Numbered from the whole stretch's first letter, positions 1 through 11,619 are shown. The stretch is DNA of 63,361 bases, filler included, from Octopus bimaculoides (GCF_001194135.2; 6 parts of 6 records of this genome joined end to end with filler, not necessarily neighbours in it); one strand, 5' to 3'. Numbers and translations are program-made. The notes: a model not told the origin generated them from the sequence alone.

Positions 1-33
<33 letters not shown>

Positions 34-1029
34 TATACGCACACGCACACACACGCAAAAGCACACCCAAATATATGTACATGTTGAAGCAAAGAGATTT
101 TTTATTCTGCCGCCCACACATAAATGTCCCAATAGAATTACCAAAGGTTTTAAAAAGACAAAAAAACTTACTAACGAACTCAATTGCGTGTGTGACTTTT
201 GAGTACCCTATACACTAAAAGGCTGCTCATATATTAATACTACACACATTCCCTTTTTACAAGAATATCAACCCTAAAACATNNNNNNNNNNNNNNNNNN
301 NNNNNNNNNNNNNNNNNNNNNNNNNNNNNNNNNNNNNNNNNNNNNNNNNNNNNNNNNNNNNNNNNNNNNNNNNNNNNNNNNNNNNNNNNNNNNNNNNNNN
401 NNNNNNNNNNNNNNNNNNNNNNNNNNNNNNNNNNNNNNNNNNNNNNNNNNNNNNNNNNNNNNNNNNNNNNNNNNNNNNNNNNNNNNNNNNNNNNNNNNNN
501 NNNNNNNNNNNNNNNNNNNNNNNNNNNNNNNNNNNNNNNNNNNNNNNNNNNNNNNNNNNNNNNNNNNNNNNNNNNNNNNNNNNNNNNNNNNNNNNNNNNN
601 NNNNNNNNNNNNNNNNNNNNNNNNNNNNNNNNNNNNNNNNNNNNNNNNNNNNNNNNNNNNNNNNNNNNNNNNNNNNNNNNNNNNNNNNNNNNNNNNNNNN
701 NNNNNNNNNNNNNNNNNNNNNNNNNNNNNNNNNNNNNNNNNNNNNNNNNNNNNNNNNNNNNNNNNNNNNNNNNNNNNNNNNNNNNNNNNNNNNNNNNNNN
801 NNNNNNNNNNNNNNNNNNNNNNNNNNNNNNNNNNNNNNNNNNNNNNNNNNNNNNNNNNNNNNNNNNNNNNNNNNNNNNNNNNNNNNNNNNNNNNNNNNNN
901 NNNNNNNNNNNNNNNNNNNNNNNNNNNNNNNNNNNNNNNNNNNNNNNNNNNNNNNNNNNNNNNNNNNNNNNNNNNNNNNNNNNNNNNNNNNNNNNNNNNN
1001 NNNNNNNNNNNNNNNNNNNNNNNNNNNNN

Positions 1030-1185
1030 TTTCAGTTTCCGTCTACCAAATCCACTCACAAGGCTTTGGTCGGCCCGAGGCTATAGTAGAAGACACTTGC
1101 CCAAGGTGCCACACAGTGGGAATGAACCCAGAACCATGTGGTAGAAGAGCAAACTACTTACCACACAGCCACTCCTGCACCTATA
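1030..1185 (-). mobile_element. SINE family A, tRNA-like head and 5' body (octopus-type tRNA-derived SINE)
   Basis: Reverse complement reads aggtgcaggagtggctgtgtggtaag...ggttctgggttcattcccactg (pol III A/B-box-like), then ccttgggcaagtgtcttctactatagcc...gaaactgaaa. More than 10 similar copies occur in the window. Confidence 0.85.
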
Positions 1186-1657
1186 TTTATTATTTGTGCA
1201 TTAAGTCTACCATTTGTTTCTTGTTAGGAAATTTTCAATCTGATGACATGGTGTAGGTCTCCATTTAGGATTAAAAGACAAAATGGAGACGAGCAGTATT
1301 CCGTCATTTGATCATCATGAAAAAAGGTTAAGATATTAAGCTATATTCATGACATGAAACCATCGGTAGTCTGAAAACAAATAAAGAACTTTTATTCACC
1401 AATGTGATGTTGTGCACTCATTCTAATTGCTCAGCATTTGCGCCACACAGATACGCACACTCACACACATATATTGTCATTATTGTTATTATTATTATTT
1501 CCTTACATTCAAAGAAAAGATGAAGAAAATGTGGACTGGACATTAGGGTAAGAACCACCGATAAATTAGCTGTTAAATTAGCTTGATCAATTTAACTGGA
1601 TCTGTTTGTGTGTGTTTGTTTATGTGTCTCTGTTATATGTTTGCTCTTATTTTTCAG

Positions 1658-1821
1658 GTGAAGCTGGTGATTTATAAAAACCAAACAGCTGTCGTGACTA
1701 TGGTTTTTAATGGACGAAATTCAAACCGTAAAAGCTGGTTCTCTCATGCAAACTTGAAAAGTTCTCCATGGGATGACTAATCCGCAGCTGCCCCAAAGTT
1801 TTTCTTAATTAAAGGATTTAT
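1658..1821 (+). CDS. Internal exon (phase 0 to 2) of an uncharacterised invertebrate-domain gene; contains an in-frame TAA at 1778-1780 (possible pseudogene or null allele)
   Basis: Acceptor ttttcag|GTG and donor AT|gtatgt. Translation: VKLVIYKNQTAVVTMVFNGRNSNRKSWFSHANLKSSPWDD*SAAAPKFFLIKGF. The phase joins the next exon exactly. Confidence 0.8.
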
Positions 1822-1917
1822 GTATGTTATAAATATATTTTTCTGTTTCGCTTTGAATAGACGTATTGTAGCAAAAGCACTTTTCGCATGCTACTAACAT
1901 ATATATATATATATATA

Positions 1918-2085
1918 CTTTATTTAAAAGCAGCAGAAATATAACAAAAAAACCGTTACTCTGAGTTTCACGTTCCCGTTCATCGGACAGTTTTGTTAGA
2001 TTTCTAACAAAACTGTCCGATGAACGGGAACGTGAAACTCAGAGTAACAGTTTTTTTGTTATATTTCTGCTGCTTTTAAATAAAG
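1918..2085. repeat. Near-perfect palindrome: 83-bp arms, 2-nt loop, one mismatch
   Basis: 1918-2000 is the reverse complement of 2003-2085 except C1954 opposite A2049. It starts directly after a (TA)n tract. Confidence 0.95.
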
Positions 2086-3272
2086 CATTTACTCTACCTC
2101 TGGTATTTGAGTACTCTTTTTTCCACCTTGTTGCACATTGCATGTGCTTNNNNNNNNNNNNNNNNNNNNNNNNNNNNNNNNNNNNNNNNNNNNNNNNNNN
2201 NNNNNNNNNNNNNNNNNNNNNNNNNNNNNNNNNNNNNNNNNNNNNNNNNNNNNNNNNNNNNNNNNNNNNNNNNNNNNNNNNNNNNNNNNNNNNNNNNNNN
2301 NNNNNNNNNNNNNNNNNNNNNNNNNNNNNNNNNNNNNNNNNNNNNNNNNNNNNNNNNNNNNNNNNNNNNNNNNNNNNNNNNNNNNNNNNNNNNNNNNNNN
2401 NNNNNNNNNNNNNNNNNNNNNNNNNNNNNNNNNNNNNNNNNNNNNNNNNNNNNNNNNNNNNNNNNNNNNNNNNNNNNNNNNNNNNNNNNNNNNNNNNNNN
2501 NNNNNNNNNNNNNNNNNNNNNNNNNNNNNNNNNNNNNNNNNNNNNNNNNNNNNNNNNNNNNNNNNNNNNNNNNNNNNNNNNNNNNNNNNNNNNNNNNNNN
2601 NNNNNNNNNNNNNNNNNNNNNNNNNNNNNNNNNNNNNNNNNNNNNNNNNNNNNNNNNNNNNNNNNNNNNNNNNNNNNNNNNNNNNNNNNNNNNNNNNNNN
2701 NNNNNNNNNNNNNNNNNNNNNNNNNNNNNNNNNNNNNNNNNNNNNNNNNNNNNNNNNNNNNNNNNNNNNNNNNNNNNNNNNNNNNNNNNNNNNNNNNNNN
2801 NNNNNNNNNNNNNNNNNNNNNNNNNNNNNNNNNNNNNNNNNNNNNNNNNNNNNNNNNNNNNNNNNNNNNNNNNNNNNNNNNNNNNNNNNNNNNNNNNNNN
2901 NNNNNNNNNNNNNNNNNNNNNNNNNNNNNNNNNNNNNNNNNNNNNNNNNNNNNNNNNNNNNNNNNNNNNNNNNNNNNNNNNNNNNNNNNNNNNNNNNNNN
3001 NNNNNNNNNNNNNNNNNNNNNNNNNTTCTCGACAGGCCAGTTACAGCAATATTTGTCCTGAGATAACATCTTTCTTTCATTGTCCTCTCAGAGAATATGT
3101 TACTAAGGTAACTAGCCTATCGACAGTGTGTATATCCTTTCAATATGATACACAATTGGCTATTTTAATTAAATATTAATTCAAATGTGTACATCAAACA
3201 TAATGGTATATTCATTAAATGCTTATATTTTCTCATTCTGAAACCCAAACAAATTCTTTTCTAACTCTGCAG

Positions 3273-3433
3273 AGGTGTACGTCGCTTCTATATAACGAAC
3301 CACGGTGGCTGTTCAACTGAGAGTGGCTGGCTAGCCGTAACTCAAACTGCAAATTACTGTGAATATGATAAAATGGATCATTTTCCAGCAATTCGATATT
3401 CTGATACAAAATCGAAAGTCATCTGGAACAACG
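3273..3433 (+). CDS. Penultimate exon (phase 2 to 1) of the same gene
   Basis: Branch/acceptor ctaactctgcag| and donor G|gtaagt, 161 nt. Translation: (I)GVRRFYITNHGGCSTESGWLAVTQTANYCEYDKMDHFPAIRYSDTKSKVIWNN(G). Confidence 0.88.
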
Positions 3434-3872
3434 GTAAGTGATGCTTTTATTTTATGTCTATGTGTGCTTCTCTCTCTCTATCTCTCCCTATCTATCTCCC
3501 TGTCTGTCTATCTATCTGTCTGTTTGTCTATCCATCCATCTATCTATCTATCTATCTTCCCGAGCGTCCAGTAACACAATCTGTATCACGTCCTCACGTT
3601 GTTGTTTTTTTGTCATTTTCCTTTTTTGAACTTATATATATATATATATATCAATGTGAGTAGTAATTGTAGAAGTTATTTTTGTACTTATTGTTCAGCA
3701 GCCAATCAGCTTTGATTCAAAGGTGTTCTGACCGTGAACCACCTGAATGTTTCCCATTTCACTATGTGGAGACTTGGCTGCCATTTCTAGTAATTCGAAT
3801 GACCACGCATAAAGTCTTTCCACGATATATCTGAATCCCTTTTTTTGTTGATGTTGTTATTGTTACTTACAG

Positions 3873-3928
3873 GTTTCGGATTAGCAGACGCCTTGGCCAT
3901 ATTCATCCGCCTGAGGCAGCAGAACTAA
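3873..3928 (+). CDS. Terminal coding exon of the same gene
   Basis: Acceptor ttacttacag| with matching phase 1. Translation: (G)FGLADALAIFIRLRQQN*. The AD.LAIFI ending fits the recalled family C-terminus. Confidence 0.85.
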
Positions 3929-4031
3929 CCCCAGCACATGATATCCATTGATTCTATTGTTGTTGTTGTTCACGTTCACCCAGTCCAGCTGACCACCACT
4001 AGTGATTTGCATTGGTCAAGTATTACCTGTC

Positions 4032-4037
4032 AATAAA
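4032..4037 (+). terminator. Candidate polyadenylation signal
   Basis: AATAAA about 100 nt after the stop codon at 3926-3928. Confidence 0.45.
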
Positions 4038-4110
4038 GAATCCATAAAAATATTGATTATCTTTCGTATTGAGTCGATAATTTATAAACAAACATCTTCG
4101 GTAATTTCTT

Positions 4111-4598
4111 TGAGCACGTGTTGTCCTGTCAACNNNNNNNNNNNNNNNNNNNNNNNNNNNNNNNNNNNNNNNNNNNNNNNNNNNNNNNNNNNNNNNNNNN
4201 NNNNNNNNNNNNNNNNNNNNNNNNNNNNNNNNNNNNNNNNNNNNNNNNNNNNNNNNNNNNNNNNNNNNNNNNNNNNNNNNNNNNNNNNNNNNNNNNNNNN
4301 NNNNNNNNNNNNNNNNNNNNNNNNNNNNNNNNNNNNNNNNNNNNNNNNNNNNNNNNNNNNNNNNNNNNNNNNNNNNNNNNNNNNNNNNNNNNNNNNNNNN
4401 NNNNNNNNNNNNNNNNNNNNNNNNNNNNNNNNNNNNNNNNNNNNNNNNNNNNNNNNNNNNNNNNNNNNNNNNNNNNNNNNNNNNNNNNNNNNNNNNNNNN
4501 NNNNNNNNNNNNNNNNNNNNNNNNNNNNNNNNNNNNNNNNNNNNNNNNNNNNNNNNNNNNNNNNNNNNNNNNNNNNNNNNNNNNNNNNNNNNNNNNNN

Positions 4599-4650
<52 letters not shown>

Positions 4651-4819
4651 CGCACACAAACACGCACGCACAAACACACACACAAGCACACACACACACA
4701 CACGCACACACACACACACATAAGAACAAGCACATACAATCACACACTCATTAGCCTCCTCTTCTACTTCGACACGTCAAACAGAACTAGCACGCGGTTG
4801 ACAGGACAACACGTGCTCA
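4111..4819. repeat. Inverted repeats flanking an N gap and a (CA)n tract; possible MITE or foldback
   Basis: 4111-4133 tgagcacgtgttgtcctgtcaac is the exact reverse complement of 4797-4819. Imperfect similarity extends about 25 bp further outward. Confidence 0.7.
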
Positions 4820-5254
4820 CGGAAACTAACGAATATTTTGTTTTCATTCGTCTACTCAAAACGAAGCTACGCCAAACTATTCCATCCAGCATCGTTCTTT
4901 TGAGTTGTGATTCTCTTTCTCTCTTTCCAGAGACCGAACTGTTTTTGTCATTGTTCCAGGTCACATCTGGTCATAAATATGTGTGTGTGTGTGTCTATAT
5001 GGAGGCACATGTCTGCGTGTGTATATACATATTGGCGTGAATGTTGAACAAGTACAATGAGTGCTCAAACTCGCATTGGTGAATAAAACTTCTTTATTTG
5101 TATTAAGGCTACCAATGGTTTCATGTTCGGAAAATATCGTTAAATCTTAACAATTTTTCAAGGCTTTCACATGAAGGAATAGTTTTCCGCTCCATTTTGT
5201 GTTATAAACATAAATGGAGGAAACACAATGTGATCGGCTCGAAAAAGTGTTACG

Positions 5255-5416
5255 ATAGGAGTGGCTTTGTCATACGTACCTTGCTTACCAGGCCACATGG
5301 TTCCGGGTTCAATCGAACTGCGTGGTGCCTTGAGCAAGTGTCTTCTACTATAGCCTCAGGCCGACCAAAGTCTTGTAAGTGGATTTGGTAGACGGAAAGT
5401 GAAAGAAGCCCGTCGT
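5255..5416 (+). mobile_element. SINE family A, 5' part
   Basis: ggttccgggttcaatc (B-box-like) and ccttgagcaagtgtcttctactatagcctcaggccgaccaaag...gaaagaagcccgtcg. Confidence 0.85.
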
Positions 5417-6759
5417 GTGTGTGTACGAATGTATGTATATATGTATTAGATGTAATACTGATTTTATTCTAAACGGAATTTGGTTGTTTTTGCGTTGTTA
5501 TAGGAAACATAACTTTTATGTGTAATGAAAAATTCTATCAGTAAGACATTTGGAAAAAGACAAGATTAAAAGGAAGCCACGAGTATGGATTTTGTAGACA
5601 TGTCGCTCGGTTTTAAACCACTTTCAACTCATAGCTTGAAATCTAGGATCTATGTTGTATGATTTGTAATAGTGCACCGTATCTAATGGTATGTCGGCAC
5701 GCGAGCGAAGTTTGAAAGCAATATAGATAACTCAAAATGTTAGAGAAAATACTCAGTTCAGTAAATTAATTTAGTTCAAGCTGACAGTATTACTTCTAAG
5801 AGGTTCACACTCATATCGACTGACAGTCATCAGATGGGGTTAGTTCGTTGAATTAATTCATATGTTGATTATTGTTCATAGGATTCGCACTCGGATTCAG
5901 AAATTCATGTTTGGGCAGCAAAAAATGTTTCAATGTTAGATCGATAAGTTCGATAAAACTCAACAGTCAGGAGAATCCGTGCTGTCCTAGGTTCAATAGA
6001 TGGTTGTATTTATTTAAGCTCAAATAGATTAAAAAATTACATAAAAATGTAGCATTAATTATATATGTGTCAGTAAAAGTTTCAAGTTCGAATTCAGCTC
6101 GTTTCTGTATATACATCAACGTATCAAACAGACCACATGATGTTTTTTTATACGATTGTGTCTCAAACAAGGTTTGAGGTTAACATTGTACATGCGACTA
6201 CGAAGAAGGAAAGGGAAGCGGCCCACATATTCAAAACAGGCTGATTGACAGAAACTTCAGTCGATTGAATATCTGCGAGCAAAAGTAAGGAAGACGATTG
6301 TAGTGAGTTCGTGAGAGAAGTTTTTTTTTAAAATAGATAATTGCTTCTGAAACCCCTTTTCCAACTGAATTCGTTTTCACCCTTGGTATAGACTCTAACT
6401 TGATTTTTGTTTTACGAAAGAATGTAGTTTTCTTTGATTTTATGTCCTGGTCTTTCCAGCAGAAAGTCAAAGTGTGAAGAATAGTTCATTACAACATTTT
6501 CCTTGCTTAAATATAGTAGAATTATGAATATAATTGATTTTGTACATAGATCGTTTAATTGTAGCATAATTTCGCCTAGAAATAGGGATTATGTATGCAT
6601 ACAATAAAGAAAATACAAAAGGAGGCCCAGAGCCCTTCAATTAAATACATTCAGAATCTTAAGGGTAAGAAAATTCTACAAATTATACGCATATAACATG
6701 ATATCTTTAAAAGAAAGTCTCATGTCGTTTTGAAAAAAAAAATCCTTGTTTCCTAGACA

Positions 6760-7080
6760 TCCTCGAATGTTTTAGCGTTGGGTGTCCCTTTTTATACACC
6801 AACAGTAAGCAACCATCATGTTCACATCCCATCTCCCTTGATATCTCTCCTCTGTTACCCTCATACCTTGGTGGGATCAATCTCCCTGTTCCTCACCAAC
6901 ATCTCCCACGTTCTGCGGAAACTGCTCCAGGTGACTAAACAAAAAATGTATGTTAATGGTCATTTTCCATCCAAGCAAATGAAAAGACCAAAGTATTTCT
7001 CAACAATTTCCCTGTAATTGCCTGCTTCGGTGTTGCTAAGATGGTTTTAGGGGTAACATGCTACATGCGTAATCATAATT
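6760..7080 (-). mobile_element. DNA transposon transposase C-terminal fossil, Chapaev3-like
   Basis: Minus strand reads FLGN..NYREIVE...INIHFLFSHLEQFPQNVGDVGEEQGD*SHQGMRVTEERYQGRWDVNMMVAYCW. This matches the recalled HFLHSHLD.FPENLG..SDEQGERFHQD...E.RYQG.W...M.ADYCW motif. The family name is from memory. Confidence 0.65.
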
Positions 7081-7429
7081 AACTGATCCTCCTATATTTT
7101 CTTTTACCCAAAGCGAAGAACTTTTCAGCATCGTCTCCGATATGTTCTGTCTACGATGTCGTGTCTAAACACCCTAGAGACTCTTCCTTAAAACAGATAT
7201 ACGTGAGTCTGTTGTCATAAAAGAGACATTGCTAATGCTGAATAGAAAATATACTTAGTGGGTAGTAGAACCATAACGCCAATGTTACTTCTCTCGGAAT
7301 ATAAATACATGTGTGCGTCCATGTGTGTGTGTGAGGGAGGGCATGTTTTGGCAGGTATAGGTAGGGATATTAGAGGTGTATATATNNNNNNNNNNNNNNN
7401 NNNNNNNNNNNNNNNNNNNNNNNNNNNNN

Positions 7430-7441
7430 TTAATTAATTAA
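7430..7441. other. Assembly spacer (44 N + TTAATTAATTAA + 44 N); also at 34487, 40011, 47814 and 56846
   Basis: The same 12-mer is centred in 100-nt N blocks five times and gives stops in all six frames. It is a technical linker, not biological sequence. Confidence 0.95.
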
Positions 7442-7534
7442 NNNNNNNNNNNNNNNNNNNNNNNNNNNNNNNNNNNNNNNNNNNNGGTACAAATGAAAGA
7501 AAGTGACATTCAACACATTTGGCTGGAGTGATTA

Positions 7535-7815
7535 TCATCATCATCATCATCGTTTAACGCCTGCTTTCCATGCTGGCATGGGTTGGACGATTTGACTGAG
7601 GACTGGCTAGCCAGGGGGCTGCACCCTTCCTAATGCCAACCACTCCGAGAATGTAGTGGGTGCTTTTTCATGCCACCAGCATGGGAGCCAGTCTGGGGCC
7701 ACTGGCATCAACCATGTTCAGATGGTGCTTTTTACATACCACTGGCATGGGACCCAGTCAGAGGGCACCTGGCATCGACCACGTTTGGATGGTGCTTTTT
7801 ATGTGCCACCGGCAT
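7535..7815 (-). mobile_element. SINE family C ((ATG)n tail; ttggcgttaggaagggcatccagc core) with internal ~66-bp tandem subrepeats
   Basis: Begins (atc)n-gtttaacg...ccatgctggcatgggttggac. A gtgctttt-ac-tgccacc unit recurs at 7660, 7725 and 7792. Confidence 0.8.
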
Positions 7816-7821
7816 AGGAGC

Positions 7822-7960
7822 CATATATAAATGATCCTTTCTATTAAAAGGATGAAAGCAAAGTCCACCTCGGCAGAGTTTGAACTGAGAATGTAAAGAT
7901 AGATAAAATACTGCTGAGCATTTTGCCCAGCTAACGATTCTGCCAGCTCGCCACCTGAGG
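7822..7960 (-). mobile_element. SINE family B (ggcgagctggcagaa...gttcaaattc head; ctttcatcctttcggggtcgataaa core)
   Basis: Reverse complement matches the + strand copies at 25516 and 52672. Confidence 0.8.
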
Positions 7961-9180
7961 AGTGACATATATAATAACGGTTTGACTTAGTTCCATGCAA
8001 TGTAAAGTTGTGTGTGTGTCTATCACACACACACACACACACACACACACTTATATATAATTATGGAGTGTGATTTACATTGCAAAGCAAATAACAAATA
8101 TTTAGCACTTTGTTTGTGTGTTCTTATATATCGAAAGAGAAAAAACATGAGAAGGCCTAATGTTATATGGCTCAACTTTCTTGTGAATACCCCTTATAAT
8201 TAGTTAGCGCTGAGAGTGTGTATGGAAAAAAGCAAAACAAAAACCAGGTGAGTTTGTTCAGAAATTATTACGGTGTGTCATGTGGGATGCATTTCATTAC
8301 CCTTGAAAATATATCTGTTATGTAAGGGAGACCTTATTAGCAAATTACATTGTCAAATCTTCTGAAATTGCATAACTTTCATTAGTAAACTTAAGATATA
8401 TAATCATCTGTATACAGTTAGAATCTCAATGGCCATAACTACTGTGCTAAATTGGGTTATCCAGTACTGTGCCAGCCTAATTTCTGATTGCTTTATAGTA
8501 GCTGACCTCTGCTATTGATTGAGGAAAGAAGCTAGGTATGTCTTTTCTGAGTAGTGGTCAACAAACCACGAAACAGTCTGTGTGGAGACTCCCTTTTTTT
8601 CTCCGCACATTTATAGTATAGAGTAATCATCAAAATTATATCAGTTCTTCTGATTTACACTGTGTTGTGCATAAATATATATTGTTTTAATTAGCTTACA
8701 AATTCATTATCATTCACTGTGCAATTTCGCTCTGACAAACTGTAGCATATAATAAGTTTGACTTAATGCAGGTAAGTGATGAAGTGCTATGGCTATGATA
8801 TAAAACGTCAAATAGAAATATTCATAAGTGCTACAGGGCCGTAATACACTTAGTAGGACATGTAGTTATTGATAGATAATTATTGGTTTACATTAGAATA
8901 TTGCATTGATTTATTTTCCATTTTGAACTTTTTAAAGAGCTTTTGAAGTGCTACTACTGGCTAGGCTATCTGGATTATACACTGAGTTTTGTACTCGTGT
9001 AATAAGTTCACCACTAAAATTTTGCCAGAAAATTCCGTCTAAAAGCTTTTGACTTTTACACAAGTTTATAGGTATGTATATGCACAAGCTAACATATTGG
9101 CTGCATGTGTACAGTTATGTATGTACAAGCATTCATGTAGCTTCTGTTGCGTATATATGCACACATGCGTAAATAATATT

Positions 9181-9600
9181 CTTTTATTCTTTCTTGTATG
9201 TGTTTCAGTCATTTGACTGCGGCCATGCTGGAGCACCACTTTTAGTCGAACAAATCGACCCCAGGACTTATTCTTTGTAAGCCTAGTATTTATTCTATCG
9301 GATCTCTTTTGCTGAACCACTAAGTTATGGTGACGTAAATACACCAGCATCGGTTGTCAAGCAATGGTGGGGGAAGACAAACACAGGCACAAACAAACAC
9401 ATGCACACACACACACATACATACACACACACACACACACACTCTGTATACAATGGGCTTCTTTCAGTTTCCATCTACCAAATCCACTCACAAGGCTTTG
9501 GTCAGCCCAAGGCTATAGTAGAAGACACTTACCCAAGGTGCCACGCAGTGGGACTGAACTCAGAACCATGTGGTTGGTTAGCAAGCTACTTACCACACAC
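9181..9600 (-). mobile_element. SINE family A, near full length (head, internal (TG)n tract, 3' body)
   Basis: The head at 9450-9600 and the 3' body (gtccccc...gaataagtcctggggtcgatttg...cagtcaaatgactgaaac) at 9181-9390 are separated by a (CA)n tract. The same layout occurs at 19850 and 39364. Confidence 0.85.
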
Positions 9601-10513
9601 CCATCATTTAATGTCCATGTTCTATATTGGCATGGATCAGATTGTTTGATAGGATCTGATGGTCCCAAGGATTGCATTATGCCCCAGTCTTCTTTCGCAT
9701 AGGTTCTCTGGCTGGATGCTGTTCTTAATGCAAATCACTTTATAGTATGTGCCGGATGCATTTGTTGTGCCACCAGCACTAATGAGGTCGCTGTGCCACT
9801 TGCGAGACTATGGATGCTGAGAGAGGCAGCTTTATGCTAGGAAAAATATGGGAGATGTGTGTAGGGGGCGGAAGACATAAGCACACACATGCATACATAA
9901 GCACAGACGACTACATACACACACATGCTTACCCACACTTCATGATGATGATGATCATTTTTCTTTTATATCTGCTTTTTATGTTATCATGGATTGAAGC
10001 TGGTTTCCATGGCTACAGTCACTAGGTATTCAAGTGATACTACTTATCTAGATGGGTTGGAAATCTTATCTTGCTCACCTTTCATTTTTGGCTTGCTTTC
10101 TACTGCTGGGTGCCCTTCTTTATACCAACCACATTAAAGCGTTATATGGGTGCCTTTCTTGTGGCACCAGCACTGGAAGGGTGTCATGTTCTCAGCAAAA
10201 CTAAAGTGTCCTTACAACCTCACACTCTACATATGCCAACCACTTCACGGAGTGTGCTGGGTGCCTTGTACATGCCGCCAGCACAGATACGTTTACTCAG
10301 CACCAGCACAAGTGCATTTTATGTGGCCCTGGGCCCTGCAAAGAACAAGCATGTATGTATGGATGGCTGTGGTTTGACTTAGCTCAATGTGTCTTCTTAA
10401 GTGCTACAGATGACCACATCTCCCAACCCCTTGCGATTCCCCCAGTGAGGCCCCGCATCTGAAGGTCCTTTCTTACCACTTTGTCCCGTGTCATCTTAGG
10501 TCTATCTCACCCA

Positions 10514-10517
10514 CATG

Positions 10518-10572
<55 letters not shown>

Positions 10573-10760
10573 ATATTTTGTATATGATATATATGTATGT
10601 ATATGTGTATGTATGTATTTGTGTATATATGTATGTATATGCCAGTGTAGATAACAGATGTTAAATGATGATGATATGAATATGTGCATGTATGTATATA
10701 CATATATGCATTTGTGTATGTATGTGTGTATGTATGTGTGTATGTATGTGTGTGTGTGTA

Positions 10761-10813
<53 letters not shown>

Positions 10814-10866
10814 TATAAACACACATGCATACATATACATATCTCTCTTTCTCTCTGCATATGTGC

Positions 10867-10909
<43 letters not shown>

Positions 10910-10915
10910 CATACA
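10514..10915. repeat. Representative compound (TG)n/(TA)n/(TATG)n microsatellite field; similar fields at about 11530, 14330, 17110, 20960, 34290, 37000, 41520, 51240, 53960, 55960, 56900 and 61660-62415
   Basis: Directly visible. These fields are the source of the [12 protein letters not shown] ORFs and border most N gaps. Confidence 0.97.
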
Positions 10916-11559
10916 TCCATGCTATAATTACATAGTCACGAAAAGAGATTTGATGTATAATTATATTTGTCAGAATAAAAAATAAATATTAAATATAATT
11001 TAGGTGTTTTTTTTTGTTCAAATGTAAAACATGTTATTTGGAATAATACTTTTTTAAAGAAATTTCCAAAATCCACTGTCTTCGTTTAGTTCCAAGTCAG
11101 TTGTAATCAAATTGGCTTATGACCAAAAATATTCCAATCACAATCATCCTGTGTTTTAAGATCCTGTAGGTCTATGATATCTTATGTTCCTTGTTTATAA
11201 AAATATGGCTGGGTGGTAATTGATTTAAATTTGGTTGTCATTTCTTGCAGATTAGGTAACTGTATATAAAAACTATCTGAATCTTTCGAATGTAACCACC
11301 AAGACTTAAAGCAAATATTACAAAAAAAAAAAAAGGAAACGTCAAATAAACAGAAACAAAAAATAAAAAACGCAAATCACCGATAAAATACTCAGAGTTA
11401 AGATAAAATAAGAAAGTTTGCAAATATTTTGATTTATGTTTGGTGTGATAAAGTTTGTTTGTGTGTGAGTTCATCCAGAATCTGTCTGAATTACCTGTTC
11501 TCTAGATATGAATCTTTATTTTCTCACATACACATATATATATATATATATATATACAT

Positions 11560-11619
<60 letters not shown>

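Noticed and set aside
1228-1327. Possible upstream exon of gene 1 (ttgttag|GAAATTTTC...AAAAAG|gttaag) and a 10-bp gtctccattt/aaatggagac stem
   Set aside because: The frame that would give phase 0 contains stops, and the GNFQSD resemblance is too short. The stem is too small to call a miRNA or snoRNA.
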